Position numbers and translations under genes: made by a program. From contig CM097883.1 in the NCBI GenBank assembly GCA_044892505.1, positions 408,084,138 through 408,148,000 of the forward strand: 63,863 bases of DNA, written 5' to 3'. Shown in pieces: positions 58,554 through 63,863 of the stretch. Each line of letters starts with the position of its first letter. The first letter of the stretch is position 1. The notes beneath the pieces were generated by a model. The model was not told the DNA's origin. It saw only the letters and a list, made by a program, of their open reading frames with translations, and did not search any database. The stretch comes from Schmidtea nova (Eukaryota).

Positions 58554-61500
58554 CTGCACAAATTAATTAGCTGCCAAATCATGGAAATTATTCACTTGAT
58601 TAATTTGAATGGAATCTGCTGGTAAGTCATTTGGATTTTTATTTTCGTTCTGAAAATCAAAAGACAGTGAGAAAAGAGCGAGAAAAGTCCTCTCAAAATC
58701 AAAACAAATTAACAATAGACTGAAATATCTTTATTATTACAGATGCGTGACGGTGGCCTTTATAGTTACCATCCGTTTATGGTAGATTAACCCTTGTGTG
58801 ATTAGCGTTGTCAATTGACTATGAACAGTATACAATTTGTAAAACCTCAAATACTATATAGACAGCGTAAGCATCCCTTTATACAACAAAATTTAATAGG
58901 GAATTTTTATGAACCGAAACGATAGCCTGATCTGGGTTCGGGTTCCATTAAAAATGTCTGATCCAGAACGGGTCTAGAGTAAAGGTTATGATTTCGATTC
59001 GAAACCCTAAAACAAGTATTCTGGCAAATTTAATTGATAAAACTATTAATATGTTAAGTATTTAACAAAATAGAGAAGACTCCCTCGGATTGATGGCGTG
59101 TACCATTTATAGAAATAAAAGAAAGGCAGTGTAAAATCATAAATTTATGAAAAGTTTAAAAATAATATCGTAATTATCTTTTGGTTTCATCTTTGATCAC
59201 GTTTTTATTTATATCTATATTTTTCATAATTTTATGACTATAGATCATATTTTTTGGGGTTTTTTTTTGGTTAAGTAAACGATATTTCGGCACAGCCTTT
59301 ATTAAATAGCACTACTGTGTTGTGACATTAGTAAGATACCGAATATTCACAATGTATAAAAATAAATATACATATGATTGGAGATCTAAGTATTATTTTT
59401 GCATAAATGTAATAAGGAAAATGTAAGGGAAACAAAAGAAGTAGCGACTAAGAGAAATTTTGAAGCGGAGGATAAAATATTGATAAAGCGAGAACTACGA
59501 AATAAAAATAAAGATAGATAAGAAGGTTCATATACAGCAGTGATTCTTAACCGGGGTTACACGCAGCCCCAGGGGAGCGAAGTTGTAATTTTACAAATTC
59601 ACCATTGAATTTAAGTGAAGCTAGCAAAAAATATCTAAAACTAAAAGTAAAGATTATTAATTCCCCGATTTTCAAGCATAATTGAGCAAAAGCAAGAACA
59701 AAAAATTCATTAACCATAAATTTATATTTCAGATAAGAATTAATATTCACTATAAATAAATAATAAAAGTATGTTTGTTTGTTTTCAATTTATATATGTT
59801 AGATACAAGAAGAATCGTCGACACATTCAAAATTAATGATGACTACAGAATAGGAAGAAAAGATATAGAATAAATGTAATTGTGGACGGTAATCAAGGTC
59901 AAACAATGGACCGAATAATAATTAATTTTTGACAATATGATTATGACAATTTATCAATTTACAATTTGTGATCTTGCGAACATTTATTGACATTTATTAT
60001 TTTATGGTGACGGACACAATTAATGATAAAATTTTTGTGATTTTAAAAGAAAATTTTGTTTTGAAAATATTTTATGTAAATTAATTTTTTAAACTATTTG
60101 GAAAATGGTTTTTTGTTTTCATTTATATTTTAATTCAATAGAATAAATTATAACAATAATAAAAATAAATAAATAATGCTGATTGTTTAAATAAATTATA
60201 TTCATGACCTACTCCGTCAGCAAAATGAAATAATTCCAAGATTAAAAAACAATTCTGTTTTGAAAATAAGTTTAATCAACTCAAGTAAAAAAAATAACAA
60301 AAATTATTAGCAGATTAAGTGCCTTTAAAATTAGTAAATAAACTGGCTGATTTTTCAGTTAAATCACCCCAAAAAATTGTAATCTTCGAAGAGTTGCAAA
60401 TTCAGTGCAGCAATATAAATCAAGCATACAAATTTAGAAATCCTAGCTCTGGAGATCGCACACATTAACATAACACACATACATATCTTGCTAAAAGTTG
60501 TATTTTATTGAAAGTTAAATTTTATTGAGTTGTAAAATTCATTGTGATAAATAAATAAAACTTAGTAAACAGTGTCTTTGTTTTTATTTATATACAAACA
60601 ATCATGTTGAGATTCTGGGAAACTCAACAAATAATTAAATAATTCTGAGTAAGGGGTGCGAGAATATTCTTTGAAAATTTTATGGATTCCGGAAGCGAAA
60701 AAGGTTAAGAACCACTGATATACAGTAATGAAGAAGCTACATAACAGAAGTTATTTACAAGAAAACAAAGAAAATTAAACGATTATCGTGAAATATTGAG
60801 AAAATGACAGATTTTTAAAATAGGTTATTTGAGGATTTATAATTTTAAAAACTAAAAATAGAATGTAATTTAAAAATGAGAATATTTCAAGTAGAATATT
60901 TATAAAAATTATGAGAAAATTTATTTGAATATTTAAGAATAATTTTAAAAAGATAATTTGGAATTATTAAATTGGATTGTAATTTGAAATTTGTGTGATT
61001 TTAAATATTAATGGTTGATTTAAAAAACGTCTCCAGAATATGGAATGTCTGTTTTTAATAATACTTATTTTAGAAACACAGTAATTTTTGGATTGTGTTG
61101 AAATTAAAATTCATTATCGATTTAGTTTTAATGGATGCAGAAAATTAAAATACGATAGAAATTAATAATGTGTATAAGCATAAATAGAAACAGCAAAAAT
61201 CAAACGACTTGCTTTACACGCCACACCTGTTTTCGTAGTTTAAAAGCAACTATTATACAAGTAAGTGTGTACACCTATGTGTTACTCATAGTTATTTTGT
61301 TTTATTTTATAATTATTCTGTAAGTCATTTTTAAAAATGAATTTATTTATCAAGATATCTTTTTTAATCTTACAATGATATGAGATAACTATAGAAGCTC
61401 TGAAAGTTTATCTATATTATTCAATATTATTTTGATTTTACATTTATTTTGTAGAAAAATATGATTTTTTATGGAATTTTCGGAAATATTTTACATTCTC

Positions 61501-63102
61501 TGAATATTTCCATTATCTTTGTTCTATAATTTTATTTTTATTTAATTTTTAAATACTTTCTAGGAAATCATGATTTTTTAAACATGTTTTGGAAATTATT
61601 TACTATTTTTAACTAAGATTTATTATAATAATTATTATTAAATAAAAAATTTCTATTTATTTCTGAAATATATTTGTGGATATTCGAAGAAAATAATTTA
61701 ATTAAGTTTCATTTTTATTTCAAGAATTGCCAAATTCTACTGTCCTGCATTAACTGAGACTTCAGAATGATCTAAATTGCGGTGAAAATATGTTTAATTG
61801 TCTATAATTTGAAAATAATTAGACGGGATTATCTTTTTGGCTACTGAAAACGGAAAAGTTTTGCAAAATAATTTTCGGAAATATATGAAATTTTATATTA
61901 AAATTCATTAAAATAAAACTAACGACGTTATTTATACATTTTCTCGACAACTCCCTTGGGAAATATTCCAAATTTTGACCCAAAAACTCTATTTTAAAAA
62001 TAAATTTATTATAGAACTTTTAATCGCGTAAAATAATTTAACTTTTATAGTTTGCATGCAATTTTCATTGAGTGCGTGCTTGTTTGTATAATATGTTTTT
62101 TCCACTTTGTCTATCACATATAAAATATCTTAAACTACGAAATATCAAAATTTAACATTAACATAAGCTTTCTTTTGCTATTGGTAAATTTTAACTTATA
62201 TTATAGAAACTTTTAATGTACGAAAACAGGTGAAACTAAATGTGAAACAGATAGCAGTTGAGGTGCGTAATACGTCATACCAGCGCGACTGGCTAACGTT
62301 TTAAAATACTTATATATAATACTCTGCATTTATAAAAAATTATAAATAAGTAAAACCGATAAATTTAGCGCGATTTATATATAAATTTATCAAAATATTA
62401 CGTAATACCTTTGATATATTTTGCAGCAATATAATATCATTTTTCATTTTAGTCATTTCCCTGTTATGTTGATTTGTAACGTTTCTCAGTTGGTTCTGCA
62501 ATTTTCCAATTGTTTTCTGGAACCGAAAAATTACAGCTCCAATATTTACATATCGAATTCTTTACCTCTTTTTTTTGTAAATTTTCTCTTAGTATTTCAA
62601 TTTCATTTTTCATATTTTTCATAGATTCCATTAGTAATATCGTGTGAGAATAGCTTTCTTCCGTCATGTGTTCTGTAATGGCTTGACTCTTGACATTCGA
62701 GTGATTACATCCAATATCAAGGAAGGGACAATTGATACTGTGGGATTTGATGTGTTCCGTCATGTTCTTCAACTCGGTTTTCGTATCACAGGCCTTTTCC
62801 GGACATTTCACTTTGACTACCAACACATTTTTATTAGCGAAATGGTCGAATTGTAAATTGTTATCTATGTCGACACACTGTGCCCGACACTCGTCGGAGG
62901 GTCTCGGACAAAACTTGTTGCCGATATTCAGGTGCTCTTTAATGCATAAGTAACAATACCGGCAACCGCATGGGCTTTGGTAGGGCCTATTGAGGATTTT
63001 GCCGCATATCGTGCATGTCAAATCACAGTACAACAACGTATCAACCTGGAAATCGTAATCCGTTAACAATTCGTAAATTTCTTGAAATTTTGAAGTAGCC
63101 AT
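57942..63102 (-). CDS. TRAF-family protein (RING, TRAF zinc finger, coiled coil, MATH/TRAF-C), 4 predicted exons, ~436 aa
   Basis: Predicted exons 63102-62566, 62516-62409, 58649-58596 and 58553-57942. All introns are phase-0 GT-AG (49, 3759 and 42 nt) and the joined frame is open. Confidence 0.8.
58596..58649 (-). CDS. TRAF-like gene exon 3 (18 codons)
   Basis: Strong acceptor TTTTGATTTTCAG|AAC. Donor CAA|GTGAAT is inferred because it removes an in-frame TAA. Confidence 0.55.
59440..59545 (+). mobile_element. Gypsy integrase C-terminal (GPY/F) fragment inside the TRAF intron
   Basis: FEAEDKILIKRELRNKNKDR / EGSYTAV resembles F..GD.VL.K....K.D..YEGPY.V. Confidence 0.4.
60650..60717 (+). mobile_element. 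hAT (Charlie-like) right terminus
   Basis: AAGGGGTGCG...AAAAGGTTAAGAACCACTG is a typical hAT MITE end. Left end not identified. Confidence 0.5.
62409..62516 (-). CDS. TRAF-like gene exon 2 (coiled coil)
   Basis: TTCCAG|AAA...AAG|GTATTA; encodes KTIGKLQNQLRNVTNQHNREMTKMKNDIILLQNISK. Confidence 0.75.
62566..63102 (-). CDS. TRAF-like gene exon 1: RING plus TRAF-type zinc finger
   Basis: CTICGKILNRPYQSPCGCRYCYLCI...FCP; VKCPEKAC.....NMTEHI...CPFLDIGC. Donor GAG|GTAAAG at 62565. Confidence 0.9.
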
Positions 63103-63863
63103 TTTACTAAAAATAATTTGAATGATCGTAAATTTTTAATAAATTTTTTACGAAGTCGTTTTTTGATCAAATGATTTATTTACTTAAACAAATCCCAAAA
63201 ACTAGTGAGCAATAAGTAGATGTGATGAATGTTCAAAGGAGGAAAGGGTGAGCCTAGGAGGGAAATGGGAAAGTTGACAATTGTAATTGTAGGATTTCCT
63301 GTGGAAATCAGTTCGAAGTCAAACATAACACAAAATTTTTAAAAGTTTTGTGTCTATTTCTTGGTAATACTATTAAAATCAGATTTACATCCCATAATAA
63401 TCGGATAGCATATTTTAAAAGTTTTAAATCCATTTAAAATTCCCTTTTTAATTTTAATTTTTTTATGTTTCTCTAGTTTAAATTTCTAAGTTTTTTCCAA
63501 ATATTTCTATTTTTTTATTGAATCTCTGTTTCACCAAGAAAATTACTTCTAAAAGTGTGAAATAGTGAAAATTGTTTCACACGATGAAGGAATTTAAATA
63601 TTTCAACAAAAATCAGACAATAATTACATTGGCCATTTCATTCGCTTTTCCTTTCATCCCGAAATCTGGCTGGATGCCTCCAATGCGAATCGGCTTGATT
63701 CTGAGATTTGTTCAATCTTTGTTATCATCTTTTATTATTATTATTATTTCTCTTTCGCTGACAAATTTAAAGATGTTAGTGAATTAGCAGAGACGAGCAA
63801 AACAAAAATAATTAGACAGTGACAACAATCTACAAAATTCCAGAATTAAATAATTCTCATCAG

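Overview
AT-rich eukaryotic (animal) genomic DNA with two assembly gaps. It contains no prokaryotic features, and no rRNA, tRNA or CRISPR was recognised. Short (about 42-54 nt) GT-AG introns, a TRAF gene with a variant RING and the transposon spectrum suggest an AT-rich invertebrate such as a triclad flatworm; this is inference only. Two probably intact host genes are present: an intronless type-I membrane Ig-superfamily protein (48229-50499) and a four-exon TRAF-like gene (57942-63102, minus). Most of the rest is decayed mobile DNA: Tigger/pogo, MULE, two Merlin, hAT, piggyBac MITE, mariner, BEL/Pao gag, Gypsy integrase, Polinton polB and Helitron Pif1. There is also a near-perfect 8,036-bp tandem duplication (24514-40586) and captured fragments of PSMA6 and MPPE1. 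The least explained signals are: (i) an orphan repeat unit in three copies, with a ~180-aa coiled-coil/Arg-rich ORF, a conserved intron-like segment just before the ATG, and a downstream ~200-nt stem-loop element that is more conserved than the ORF; and (ii) a decayed spliced gene with a P-loop/SF3-helicase-like motif pattern, broken by AT-rich module insertions. All homology calls come from visual motif recognition; no database search was run.
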